This document shows positions 1-13,151 of a stretch of DNA of 64,000 bases, one piece after another. A model generated the notes under the pieces. The model did not search any database. It saw nothing but the letters and a program-made list of their open reading frames with translations, and was not told the origin of the DNA. The DNA is from Squalus acanthias. Its lineage: Eukaryota. Where the stretch lies: contig CM059431.1 of NCBI GenBank assembly GCA_030390025.1, forward strand, positions 122,328,001 to 122,392,000, in the 5' to 3' direction. The translations under genes were made by a program, and so were the position numbers. Each line of letters begins with the position of its first letter. The first letter of the stretch is position 1.

Positions 1-1878
1 TCCACCCGATCAAGCCCCTTCACAATCTTATATGTTTCAATAAGATCGCCTCTCATTCTTCTGAACTCCAATGAGTAGAGCCCCAATCTACTCAACCTTT
101 CCTCGTATGTCCACCCCCTCATCCCCGGAATTAACCGAGTGAACCTTCTTTGTACTGCCTCGAGAGCAAGTATGTCTTTTCTTAAGTATGGACACCAAAA
201 CTGTATGCAGTACTCCAGGTGCGGTCTCACCAATACCCTATACAACTGCAGCAATACCTTCCTGTTTTTATATTCTATCCCCCTAGCAATAAAAGCCAAC
301 ATTCCATTGGCTTTCTTGATCACCTGCTGCACCTGCATACTAACTTTTTGATTTTCTTGCACCAAGACCCCCAGATCCCTTTTTACTGCAGTACTTTCCA
401 GTTTCTCGCCATTAAGATAATAACTTGCTCTCTTATTTTTCCTGCCAAAGTGCATAACCTCACATTTTCCAATATTGTATTGCATCTGCCAAATCTCTGC
501 CCACTCACCCAGCCTGTCTATATCCCCTTGTAGGTTTTTTATGTCCTCCTCACTCTCTACTTTCCCTCCCATCTTTGTATCATCTGCAAACTTTGATATG
601 TTACACTCGGTCCCCTCCTCCAAATCGTTAATATAGATTGTAAAGAGTTGGGGACCCAGCACTGACCCCTGCGGAACACCACTGGCTACTGGTTGCCAGT
701 CCGAGAATGAACCATTTATCCCAACTCTCTGCTTCCTGTTAGATAACCAATCCTCCACCCATGCCAGAATATTCCCCCCAATCCAATGATTTTTTATCTT
801 GAGTAATAATCTTTTATGTGGCACCTTGTTAAATGCCTTCTGGAAGTCTAAATACACTACATCCACTGGTTCCCCTTTATCCACCCTGTACGTTATGTCC
901 TCAAAGAACTCGAGCAAATTTGTCAGACATGACTTCCCCTTCATAAAGCCATGCTGACTTTGTCCTATTAAATTATGTTTATCTAAATGTTCCGTTACTG
1001 TCTCCTTAATAATAGACTCCAAAATTTTACCCACCACAGATGTTAGGCTAACTGGTCTATAATTTCCAGCCTTCTGCCTACAACCCTTTTTAAATAAGGG
1101 TGTTACATTAGCAGTTTTCCAATCTGCCGGGACCTTTGCTGAGTTCAGGGAGTTTTGGAAAATTATTACCAAAGCATCCACAATCCCTATTGCCACTTCC
1201 CTCAAGACCCTAGGATGTAAGCCATCAGGTCCAGGGGATTTATCCGCCTTGAGTCCCATTATTTTACTGAGTACCAATTCCCTAGTGATTTTAATCGTAT
1301 TTAGCTCCTCCCCCACTAGAGCCCCCTGTTTGTCCAGTGTTGGGATATTCTTAGTGTCCTCTACCGTAAAGACTGGAACAAAATATTTGTTCAGCATTTT
1401 TGCCATCTCCATGTTTCCCACCATTAATTTCCCGGTCTCATCCTCTAAGGGACCTACGTTTGTCTTAACCACCCTTTTTCTTTTTATATAACTATAGAAA
1501 CTCTTGCTATCTGTTTTTATATTTTTTGCTAATTTATTTTCATAGTCTATCTTCCCTTTCTTAATCAATCCTTTAGTTACTTTTTGTTGTCTTTTGAAGA
1601 CTTCCCAATCTTCTATCCTCCCACTAACTTTGGCTACCTTATATGTCCTTGTTTTTAGTTGGATACTTTCTTTAATTTCTTTACTTAGCCATGGATGGCT
1701 GTCATTTCTTTTACACCCTTTTTTCCTCAGTGGAATATATTTATTTTGAAAGTTGTAAAATAACTCCTTGAATGAACACCACTGCTCATGTACCGTCTTA
1801 CCCTTTAATCTATTTTCGCAGTCCACTTTAATCAATACTGCTCTCATACCATCATAGTCTCCTTTATTCAAGCTCAAG
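1..1878 (-). mobile_element. CR1 LINE ORF2 fragment (reverse transcriptase region), degenerate, runs off window start
   Basis: Minus strand reads CR1 RT motifs (YRPVSLTSVVGKILES, QHGFMKGKSCLTNL, DFQKAFNKVPH, GVPQGSVLGP, FADDTK-like, LEYCIQFW); homologous to CR1 copies at 10.5-14.5 kb and 21.9-23.2 kb. Confidence 0.93.
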
Positions 1879-2639
1879 TGTTGTTATGGGCCGTGTGTTA
1901 TGTAGTGACAGATTAGAAATCCAGGTATATAAAAGTGCCTGAATATCAGATTAAACTGCAGTTGTGCAGAGGGGTTAAAGGCATCATTTATCTTTTATCC
2001 TGACGGGGAGAAGGTTTTGACGCTGATTATAATATTGGGGAGGCAGAATATGAATGTTCATGTCGAATGGAGTTTAAAACTTGCGAATGTGGCTATTTAA
2101 AGTTGTGAAGGCTGAGGCGGGGGGTGGGTGCGGGAGGTGGGAGCCCTTGCACCCTGGATCCCACGCTCTGCCATTACTGTAAATAACCACCCACTGCAAC
2201 ACCATCCACAAATGATCAATCTGCTAGCCAAACAGGCGGAAGTGCAGCAACTCATTGCGCCTGCTCACTGACAGCCTGTGAGCTTGAGGTAACGAGGGAC
2301 AGATCGTCCCCCTCCCCCAACACCTTGCCACGTGAAAGAACAGCTGCACTCGGAGAGATGCATTAATTGAAGGCCTTGCATATTACCATCTCTCTCGCAA
2401 TATTTTAATCATTTCCATTGTCCATGGTTTTCTGTGATGTCAGACCATTGGTCATTGTCCTTCCACCGTAAGTTGAGGCCCGCAAAAAACTTCCATTCCT
2501 AGCTACATCACTGGCAGAACCATGGCTCTGTTTTGGTTTGGAGTCTCTCTGAACTTTTTTGTGTTCATGGCGAAAATGCAGTTTTCATAAGCAAACCAAA
2601 TCTCCTACAATCTGAAATGTATGTTCATTTATAAATGTT

Positions 2640-3467
2640 GGGCTGGATTTTCTCGGGTCCCACTCACACGGTGCAGGGGGACCCAGGAGATGGTGGGAAA
2701 CCCGGAAGGTCGAGTTTCCCGGCACGCTGTGCAGTTTTCTCCACAGTGTGCGGGTGATGTCAGGGGCAGGTTCCCCGCCTGGAAGCCAGCCTGATCGACA
2801 AGCTGGCTGCCAGTCGTGTGGGGAACTCAGAGAAGGAGGCCACAGCAACTGGTAAGTGCTGGGCCTAGGATGGTGGGGAGGGGAGGTCCAGGCTCGGGGG
2901 TGGTTGGCGGGGGGTCCGAACCCTGTCCCTGGGGTGGGGGAGGAGGGGAGGGAGTTGCGATCCCTGGGGGTGGACGGGGTGGTCCGATCCCCAACTCCGG
3001 GGCCAAGTCGCGATCCGGGGGGTGGGGGGTGTTCCAGGCCCGAGAGAGTCCGATCCCTGGTGGGGGGAGGGGTTCAGATCCCCGACTCTGGGGAGGGCTA
3101 AGCTAATGGTGGGGGAGCTTGGGGGCCAGAAGGAAGCACTCCTGCTCCTCCCGGCCAACAAGCATTGCTCCCCGAGGCTGAGGCCGCCTCGTTGCCGTCA
3201 CCGGGAATCCCGAGCCCCAGGATCCCCGGCCGCCTGCAGTAAAACCTGCAATGCATGTTAAAGTAGAGGCTTCAGGCGTCATTATCATATGTAAATTGCT
3301 AACCCTCCTCTTGGCAGCGGGTTGGCAGCCCACCCCCCCGTCCCACCTGAGTGAAAGGTGAAAGTGGGCGGGTTGGAGGCAGGTTGGGGTTGGGGTTTAC
3401 ATGTTTACAACTTTCACTTCCCCCCACGCCTCCAATCCACCCGTTCTTACCTCTGAAAATTTGGACG
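2640..3467. mobile_element. Probable Harbinger/Tourist-like MITE (GC-rich, degenerate right TIR)
   Basis: Starts GGGCTGGATTTTC, ends GAAAATTTGGAC (partial inverse); termini resemble those of the other MITEs here; no clean TSD. Confidence 0.55.
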
Positions 3468-4046
3468 TTGTGTTTGAGATAGCATGCCTGGGATTAACAA
3501 TTATACTCTAATACACCCAAGATCATGTGGAATGCCCAGCATGTTTTCCTACCTCCTTCAAAAGGCAAAAATACCACACCATCACGTCAATGTGTACAAG
3601 CTAAAATAGTCAAATTATTTTCCAGATTGAATAGAAGTATTAGAACACAGTGATACTGAGCGTGTGGTACTAGAATGCATGGAATATAAACTGGACAATA
3701 TATAAACCCTCTCAAAACAACAAAAGAGACAGTCTTAAATCCTTGCAGTTCTTTTCAGTAGCTTCTGACTGAGTCTTGGATGGAAATTATGTGGGTGTTA
3801 ACAAGCCTTTTGTTAACTCCTTATGTGGTAAAGTTAAGGGGAAGCTGGGCACTGCAAGATTAAGCGTCAGTTATTTATTTTATGTCTTTTTTTTATATGA
3901 AAGTAAACCCATTTGATGATTAAATGATTTATTTTCAATGGACAGTCAATTAGAAGTCAGCCATTTATTAAGACTTAAGTAAAGTCAGTGTGAACTGTAA
4001 TCTCCTGGCCATCAAATAGTCCATTTGCTTTTGACATTTGAATATT

Positions 4047-4791
4047 GGCCCAGAAATTCGGCTCCCTGGCTTCCCGCGGGTGCAAGGATCCCGCGCGCAC
4101 CTACCTACCGCACCTGCCGTTGACCTCTGGGCCCACGGGGACTTCAGCTCCTGGGCCTCCCCCAACTGCCAGCACGCAGTGCTTGCGTGTCCCAGGGGCA
4201 TAGTTCGTGCGATGCGTCCCCTGGGATCACGTGGGCCATGGAGAGCCAATGGCAGCAGACCATCTTTCATTCATAGATTTGACAGGACCTGTCAAATCTA
4301 TGAATTGAAATCGGCCCCAAAACAACACCTAAACTTCAAATAAATTTTTAAAAAACCATCACATTTTTAAAATAACTATAAGTTAAATAAATTTACTACT
4401 TTAAACAAAAATTTAAATTTTTGAAAAAATTAAAATACTTTTTAACAGTGTTAAAAATAAACTTACCTTTCTTTAAAGTATCTAAAAAAGATAAACCTGT
4501 TGAAAAAAAAATTAAATTGTAATTAATTAACCACTTACCTTGTTGAAAACGGGTCTTGCGCCTCCTTTTTAAAAGCGCAGCTTCTTCAATACTTACCCTC
4601 CCAGAGAAACCTGAAAAAAACCCTAAGTTTGCTGCGTGCACACGCGGTTCACCTCTGAACCACTCCCTTCACGAGACCGGAAGTTCCGGTTTCCCACGCA
4701 TGCGCAGTGCATGCAGGAAACCGGCACTTCAGGCACCTTACGGATGAGTACACAGTGCGTACTCACCCAGCAAGTGCCGAATTTTTGGCCC
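4047..4791. mobile_element. Harbinger-type MITE, family A copy 1
   Basis: TIRs GGCCCAGAAATTCGGC / GCCGAATTTTTGGCCC (14/16), 3-bp TSD ATT on both sides; collinear homologue at 18397-19138. Confidence 0.88.
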
Positions 4792-6245
4792 ATTAACATT
4801 GCAACTTTGTCAGATTGACATCAACCAGAGTGTGATTAGCTTGGGTTCAAAACCGACTGCGGTTTTGGTTCCATATGCCTTACCTGTGACTCTTCATGTT
4901 GTATGTTGATAAGGCAAGACAACATCTGTTTTAACTCTAGCTTTTGAAAACTATTAGAAATAAATGCACACTTGTCCCAGAACAAAACACTCTAGAAGAT
5001 TCTTGCACATATGCACACCCTGTTGTTCCCCTGTATCCTGTATTCATGCAGATATTGCACAGCAGGTGATTAGGATTGTACCACATCAAGATATGATTTC
5101 AAATTGATCCAAAATGTTGCAAATGCCAATGTCCTTCTTTGTCCATTGAGGATATTATGGAAATGTTACATAATTGAAGCATGTTTTGTTTTCATTAGGC
5201 TAATGCACATAGCAATGATGTTGTTTGAATTGTTTTGTATTACTTGATGCACCATCATGAAATAGTAATGGTACAATACTCATTGTCCCTAGATACATCA
5301 GCCTCACGATATACAGTGTAGAAAAACAACACTGCTCTAAAATTGCATTGTGCAAAATTAGTAATGAAATGATTAATGAATTCATGTAAAATTATCTCTC
5401 TCTTATTCTAATGAAGGCATTAAATAAACAAATGAATGCCTCCATTAAAATAACTGATGGACATCTTAGATGAACATGTTAATGTGCTCCTTACTAATAT
5501 CGCAAATTGCAATTTCAAGGCAAAGGTATATGGGCTGATTCTCACTCCCAGTTGGAAATGGTGCTTACAGAGGCGTGTAACCAATAACTTTCCATCCATT
5601 TATCTACCCGCGATTTCCCACTATGCACTCCGTATGAGTGCCAATTCCTGCAGGAACTGCAGGCCTATTCAATCAACCCTATGTTAACTTTGGTCTGTTG
5701 ATAGTTTTAAAGCTTGATCAAAGTATGACAGGTTGCATAAAGGCACAGTAATACGTGAATATGCAATATGATTAAGGTAATTGGATTCCCTTCCTAAAAA
5801 TCAGCTCAGTTGTTTTTAGTCCAGTTGCAGTTGGTATTTAATTATGATTTAAATCCATATCAGACATGCAGTTTTGCATTAACACCACCGATACAAACAT
5901 TAATTTCAAGTCTTCCATTTTTCAATTGGCGCTCACAATGCAAACTTTGCCAAGAAATGAATTATATCAAACTCCATCACAAGCCCCCTGGTAAAAAAGT
6001 AGCTGTCCTATCTTGCCAAAAGACTTTGCTCATCAAATTAAAAACAGCATTATTGGTGATTAGAGTTATAAATTATGAGCAGGAATTGAAGCAAGACTTT
6101 TCATTTTCAGCTCTGATTTTCTGGCACTCTAAATATTAACAAGAGTACAAGTTAATAGAGCCAATGTTAGCACACAGCTTTAACATTAACAGAGACTCAC
6201 GCCTCGCTTCAATTTATTTTCAAACTGGCAGTTTTAAAACGTATT

Positions 6246-6964
6246 AGGCTGGATTTTGCTGTAGAAATAATGATGAGGCTAACAGCCCTCACCGTTATTA
6301 AAGAGTAAATCGGACAGCAACTTCTGGTGACAGCACATGTGTAGTTAAACGTGGAGATCTGGAAGTTGTTGCCCTGCTCCTCCAGAAGCTGCGTGATAAT
6401 GGTATTTTGCCAAGAGACTCAGCATTGAAATACATGGAACGGCGTGAACTTGCTGTACTTGCATGATAAATACACATTAAACTCGTCAGAAAAAGTTAGG
6501 GCTTGTCCATTCCAGTGGAAGTAAATTTTTAGTGGCGTGATAAGTCTTAATTATTGCCAAACAACATCTCTGGCACTGAAAATTAACTTTTAAAAGTGTG
6601 GAGATTTAAAAAAATAAAAAAAACTTAAATAAAAATAATATTTTTTGAACTTTTTCTTTTCTTTCCCTCTCTTATTTTGCTTTCTGTACCTGATTTGACA
6701 TTGAATTAAATATTCTAACTGACACTTTCTGGTTCAGACTCTGCACTGCTCATTAACGATTCTTCAATCTGATAGCTAAGGAGATACACATTTGCTTGCC
6801 CTGTTCACACAGGTCCCAGATCCCCTGTAGAGGGTGCTGTGCCGTTTTGACTCTCTAATTTACAGTAAGTTCCAGTGCAAAAGCCCATAAAAAGTCAATG
6901 GGCAAGTGCAAGTATAATGAACAGCTGGCACCCTTCGTTCATCACTGAACACAAAATCTGGCCC
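6246..6964. mobile_element. Harbinger-type MITE, family B
   Basis: Imperfect TIRs AGGCTGGATTTTG / CAAAATCTGGCCC, TSD ATT/ATT; internal blocks (GTACCTGATTTGACATTGAATT, TCCCAGAT) shared with 49406-50133. Confidence 0.8.
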
Positions 6965-7014
6965 ATTGGTTACACTACCAATAAGTTACATAGATATGCA
7001 TTCATACCAGTGTT

Positions 7015-7700
7015 ATGCAGGTACAGCAAGCAATTAGGAAGGCAAATGATATATTACACTTCATTGCAAGGGGGTTGGTGTACAAGAGTAAGGAAGTCTT
7101 GCTGCAAATATATAGGGCTTTGGTGAGACTGCACCTGGAGTACTGTGTACAATTTTGTTCTCCTTACCTATGGAAGGATATACTTGCCTTAGAGGGGGTC
7201 CAACAAATGTTCATTAGATTGATTCCTGCGATGAGACGGTTATCCTATGAGGAGAAATGACTAGAATGGGCCTATATTCACTGGAGTTTAGAAGAATGAG
7301 AGGTGATCTCATTGAAACATATAAAATTCTTAGAGGGCTTGACAGGGTAGATGCTAAGAGACTGTTTCCCCTGGCTGGAGAGTCTAGAACTAGGGGTCAT
7401 AGTCTCAGGATAAGGAGTCAGCCATTTAGGACTGAGATGAGGAGACATTTCTTCCCTCAGAGGGTTGTGAATTTTTAGAATTCTCTACCCCAGAGGGCTG
7501 TGGATGCTCAGTTGTTGAGTATATTCAATAATTAGATCGATAGATTTTTGGACACTAAGGGAATCAAGGGATATGGGGATAGGGAGGGAAAGTGGAGTTG
7601 ATGTGAAAGATTAGCCATGATCTTCTTGAATGGCAGAGCAGGTTTGAGGGGCCTTATGGCCTACTCCTCCATCTATTTCTTATGTTCTTATGTTCTTATT
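7015..7700 (+). mobile_element. 5'-truncated CR1 LINE 3' end
   Basis: ORF2 C-terminus (LVRLHLEYCVQF, RRMRGDLIETYKI), CR1 3' UTR and (TATGTTCT)n-type tail. Confidence 0.92.
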
Positions 7701-7884
7701 CCAAACTATTCAAACCTACTATTTTTCAAGCATTGGTTGGGGCAGATCCAGGGACTGATTAGAGTAGAAAATGAGTCTTAAACCACGAAGGTGAATAGAT
7801 TAAACTACAACAAAATAAATATTAGCTCCTTACAAGTAGGGTAAAGTAAAATAAAATTAAAAAATATCAGACACAGAACTATTA

Positions 7885-8175
7885 ATTACATAGAATTACA
7901 TACAATTTTACAGCACAGAAACAGGCCATTTGGTCCAACATGTCTGTGCTGGTGTTTATGCTCCACATGAGCCTCCTCCCACCTTACTTCATCTCACCGT
8001 ATCAACATATCCTTCTATCAACATATGCTTCTATTCCTTTCTCCCTCATGTACTTTTCTAGCTTCCCTTTAAATGTATCTATGCTATTCACCTCAATGAC
8101 TCCATGTGGTAGCAAGTTCCACATTCTAAGCACTCTCTGTGTAAAGAAGTTTCTCCTGAATTCCTTATTGGATTA
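7885..8175 (-). mobile_element. CR1 3'-end fragment
   Basis: Reverse-oriented CR1 tail (CATAGAATTA repeats, ACAGCACAGAAACAGGCCATTTGG) as at 10515. Confidence 0.75.
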
Positions 8176-8270
8176 GCAAGGGTTACTTCACTATCATACG
8201 TCATAGCTCTTGTTAAGTCTTATTTATAGTTCATATACATTTACCAATATACTTCCTGTTACCAAAACAT

Positions 8271-9847
8271 TGTAAAGTTTCGCAATTATCGCGATTCGAA
8301 ATAACATAAGAGAGGCAGATTCGTTTGATCAGTTTTATTAAACAAAATGCTGTCATGATTATAAAGGACACAGAAGCCTGTAAAATGGCCGCCGAGCATC
8401 GTGGCAGAAGTTTCCAGAAATACAGTGGGCAGACAAGATGGCGTCGAATAAACATTCAATATAAGATTGGATCATACTCGGTAAACATTGATAAAGACAG
8501 GATGCAACCCGTTTGCATTTGGAACAATAGCAAAGATATAAGTGCTGGAATCATTTTCCATGCACAAGTAAGGACCATTGTACTGGGCAATCGAAGGCCC
8601 ATCCAGACACATCAATACACAAATACCCCCACGGCTCTACAATGAGAGAGACATTGACGGGTGATTAAACAAGTATTCGGGGGCCCCCAAAACCAGTCAG
8701 GGAGACGATTCGTACACATCCTGGCTGGGTCAACAATGGGGAAAATATTAACGGATAGTTGGCCAGTTTCAGGTGCTACCGAAACCCGTTAAAGAGAAGA
8801 ATCGCCCCATGCTGGGAGTTTTGAGCACCAATATTACACAAAGGACAAACATTAAGATTTGAGCGGGAGATAAAGGAACACAGCACTATAACTATAGAGA
8901 ACAAATGTCCATCGGTCTGTTGACTCACTCGATCACTGGCTGAAGCTCTTCCTTAGGGCTGGACTTTGTTGACTCTTGACTTTTAGCCGTACTGGTCGAT
9001 TATTCGAATGTTGGGTGGAGCTCAATCGGAACGAGCCGCCCCGACAAGGGCAAGTAACAGGGTACACCATCCCGAGTGTCGGTAAACGGTGTCTGGACCC
9101 GGAGGCCCGAAGAGACAAGACGAGACGAGAAGAAGAGGAGAAGAATCCACGTGCCGCCACGGTCAGTAAACCCCGACCGCGCCCGAAAATATAAATACAG
9201 AACTCATCTTTGAATTCTACGGGTTACTGCATGATCCGGTTTGGGTCTGTCGAGTTCTTCATGACAACAGGGAGTCTGGCCTGCTTGTCGCAGCAGCGAA
9301 GATAAACAAGTGGGGTACAGAGACCCCTCCAAACACGTGACAATCAGGCGCTGCAGCGAAACGAGCCGAGTGCCTCACTTTAAAATTCTCCGAAGTAACA
9401 CGAGTGGTGAGCATGTTTCCCGATCCCACAAATCTAGACGTAGTGTAGGTATTGTTAAGTGAGGGTGGTTATTAAGGTTAAAGTATAATGTGTTCCCCTT
9501 TTTACGATGTGCCGTGCGTTCTTCATTTCCATAGACCAAGCTTTATGAATGTATGTATACTTGTACTCTCGTTAATTTGCACCTATGACATGTACTTCAT
9601 GATTTTGGACGCTATGCAATAAAGATTTCCATTTCGTACTATTCAACCGGGTCTATTTGAGTTTTCTCTGCATTACTGCTCCCTGCACCTAAGTCCAGTG
9701 TTAGAACCGTAAGGGCGAGTGGGTCAAACCACTCACAGGTGCTTATTGCAATAAGGCTGGCCGGAGACCAGAGCAAGCAATAGTATTAGGCAACAAAGGC
9801 CTAACCTCGCACCAGCACCGTCTGAGACACAGGCACAAACCCTTACA
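8271..9847 (+). mobile_element. Solo LTR (1,577 bp) of an LTR retroelement/ERV
   Basis: Termini TGTAA...TTACA, 4-bp TSD ACAT (8267-8270; 9848-9851), AATAAA at 9618; removal restores a TGTTAC(C/T)AAAACATTTT unit like those repeated downstream; post-polyA block resembles the LTR ending at 30847. Confidence 0.85.
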
Positions 9848-12800
9848 ACATTTTTAATGTAAATGTTACTTGAAAGTTTTTAGTGCAAAATGTTACTAAA
9901 ATATTTTTAAGCTATAATGTTACTAAAACATTTTAAAACATTTTTTAATTGATTACATCTTTATGCTCACTATTTGGACACTTATAAAGTTGAGCATAAC
10001 ACATAACGATGCGTTTGGCAGCAGCTACTCACAAAATGGCACAAGTGCTTTAACTTCAATGCTAATTGTCTAAGACAAAAACGAAAACTTTCGCATCTTT
10101 GTTGGTTTCCATGGGAAATGGAATAAGTGAGCAGATTTAAAAATTGTACTCGCCTGATTAATTATTGATTAGAACAAACATCACTGTAAACAGACAAAAT
10201 CACTGGGAAAAGTCGGAAGTATTGGCGTGACCCAGGGGTCAACAGAAGTAATGCCTATACAGGGTAGGTGTTAAAAGCTACCCTGCCTTTCATATCAGGG
10301 GACCAAGCATTCAGCACTGAACACCAGAGGAATTAGCAGAGTGGATAATTGCTTTGGAGAACATTGAATTACAAAAGTAGAACTGTCTGCCAACTGAATC
10401 ATACCTACTTTGACTTTCAGTCCCAAAAGTCTGATCCCTGCCAGTTCCATTAAAAGCCTGCAGCAGTGTAAAATCCTAAAGCCCCAACACTCATAGTTTC
10501 ACAACTCAAGGAATGATAGAATGAATCATAGAATGGTTACAGCACGGAAGAAGGCCATTTGGCCCGTCGAGCCCACGCTGGCTCTCTGCAAGAGCATTTC
10601 ATCTAGTCTCACTCCCCCGCCCTTTCCCCGTAGCCCTGCAATTTTTTTTCCTTCAGGTACTTATCCAACTCCCTTTTGAAAGCCATGATTGAGTCTGCTT
10701 CCACCACCCTTTCAGGCATTGCATTCCAGATCCTAGCCACTCGCTGAGTAAAAAGTTTTTCCTCATGTCGCCTTTGGTTCTTCTGCCAATCACCTTAAAT
10801 TTGTGTCCTCTGGTTATCGACCCGTCTGCCAATGGGAACAGTTTCACTCTATCTACTCTGTCCAGACCCCTCATGATTTTGAACACCTCTATCAAATCTC
10901 CTCTCAATCTTCTCTGCTCTATGGAGAACAAATCCAGCTTCTCCAGTTTATGCACGTAACTGAAGTCCCTCATCCCTGGAATCATTCTCGTAAATCTTTT
11001 CTGCACCCTCTCTAAAGCCTTCACATCCTTCCTAAAGTGCGGTGCCCAGAATTGGACACAATACTCCAGTTTAGGCCAAACCAGTGTTTTATACAGGTTC
11101 ATCATAATGTCCACGCTTTTATACTACCTCTATTCATGAAGCCCAGGGTCCTGTAAGCTTTTTTAACTACATTCTCAGCCTGCCCTGCCACTTTCAATGA
11201 TTTGTGCACATATAACCCTAGGTCTCTCTTTTCATACACCCCCTTTAGGATTGTCCCCTTTAGTTTACATTTCCTCTCTTCATTCTTTCTAACAAAATGT
11301 ATCACTTCACACTTTTCTGCATTAAATTTCATCTGCCACATGTCCACCCATTCCCCCAGCCTGTCTATGTCCTCTTAAGACTATCACTATACTCCTCACT
11401 GTTCACTATACTTCCAAGTTTTGTGTCATCTGCAAATTTTGTAATTGTGCCCTGTACACCCACATCCAAGTCATTAATATATATCAAGAAAAGCAGTAGC
11501 CCTAGAACCGGCCCCTGGGAACACCACTGTATACCTTCCCCCTGTCCGAAAAACAACCATTCACCACTACTCTCTGTTTCCTGTCACTTAGCCAATTTCG
11601 TATCCATGCTGCCACTTTCCCTTTTATTCCATGGGCTTCAACTTTGCTGGCAAGCCTATTATGTGACACTTTGTCGAACGCATTTTAGAAATCCATATAC
11701 GCCATATCCACCGCATTGCCCTCATCAACCCTTTCTGTTACCTCATCAAGAAACTTGTTCAAATTGGTTAAACACGATTTGCCTTTAACAAATCTGTGCT
11801 GGCTTTCCTTAATTAATCTGCACTTGTCCAAGTTACTGTTAATTTTGTCCCTGATTATTGTTTCTAAAAGATTCCTCATTACCGAGGTTAAACTGACTGG
11901 CCTGTAGTTGCTGGGTTTATCTTTACACACTTTGTTGAACAGGAGTGTAACATTTGCAATTCTCCAGTCCTCTGACACCACCCCCGTTTCAAAGGAGGAT
12001 TGGAAGATTATGGCTATACCTCCGCGATTTCTTCCTTCACTTCCCTCAACGTCCTTGGATGCATCCCATCTGGTCCTGGTGACTTATCTACTTTAAGTAC
12101 AACCAGCCTTTCTAGTACCTCCTCTTTATTAATTTATATACCATCCAGTATCTCCTCTACCTCCTCCTTCACTATGTCTATGGCAGCATCTTCTTACTTG
12201 GTAAAGACAGATGCAAAGTACTCATTTAGCACCTCAGCCATACCCCCTGCCTCCATGCGTAGGACTCCTTTTTGATCCCTAATTGGCCCCATCCCTCCTC
12301 TTACTACTTGTTTACTATTTATATGCCTATAGAAGACTTTTGAATTACCTTTTATGTTAGCTGCCATTCTATTCTCATACCCTCTTAGCCCCTCTTATTT
12401 TCTTTTTCACTTCTCCACTGAACTTTCTATATTTAGCCTGATTCTCAGATGTATTCTCGACCTGACATCTGTCATACGTGCTCTTTTTCTGCTTCATCTT
12501 ACTCTCTATCTCTTTCATCATCCAGGGAGCTCTGACTTTAGTTGCTCTACCTTTCCCCCCTGGTGGGAATGTACCTCGACTGTACCCGAACTATTTCCTT
12601 TTTAAAGGCAGCCCATTGCTCCATTACAGTTTTGCCTGCCAATCTTTGATTCTAATTTACCTGGGCCAGATCCGTTCTCATCCCACTGAAACTGGTCTCC
12701 CTCCAATTAAGTATTTTTACTCTAGATTGCTCCCTGTCCTTTTCCATAGCTGATCTAAACCTAATGATACGATGATCACTGTCCCCTAAATGTTCACCTA

Positions 12801-13060
12801 CTGACACTTGCTCCACTTGACCTACCTCTTTCCCCAGAACCAGATCCAGCAATGCCTCCTTCCTTGTTGGGCCGGAAACATACTGATCAAGAAAGTTCTC
12901 CTGAACACACTTCAGAAATTCTTCCCCCTCTCTACCCTTTACATTATTACTATCCCAATCTATCTTAGGATATGATGTGGAGATGCCGGCGTTGGACTGG
13001 GGTGGACAAAAATGAGAAGTCGCACAACACCAGGTTATAGTCCAACAGATTTATTTAATT

Positions 13061-13098
13061 TTACAAGCTTTCGGAGCTGTCGCTCCTTCCTCAGGTAA
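13061..13098 (-). ncRNA. Minimal hammerhead ribozyme motif, mirror copy
   Basis: Exact reverse complement of 13114-13151. Confidence 0.75.
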
Positions 13099-13113
13099 GT
13101 TAGCACTGCTAAC

Positions 13114-13151
13114 TTACCTGAGGAAGGAGCGACAGCTCCGAAAGCTTGTAA
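13114..13151 (+). ncRNA. Minimal type I hammerhead ribozyme motif (Penelope pLTR type)
   Basis: UUAC-CUGAGGA-A-GGAGC(GACA)GCUCC-GAAA-GC-UU-GUAA: CUGANGA and GAAA core boxes, 5-bp stem II, palindromic AAGCUU in place of stem III, 4-bp stem I UUAC/GUAA. Confidence 0.75.

Noticed and set aside
2585..3333. Overlapping Gly/Pro-rich ORFs as genes
   Set aside because: Stop-poor GC-rich MITE interior; no recognisable domain.
4697..4765. Iron-responsive element (CAGTGC in hairpin loops)
   Set aside because: Stems do not close directly on a CAGUGN hexaloop and there is no 5-bp upper stem with C bulge.
8211..9850. Alternative LTR limits TGTT...AACA
   Set aside because: No TSD; 8271-9847 gives TGTAA/TTACA with an ACAT duplication.
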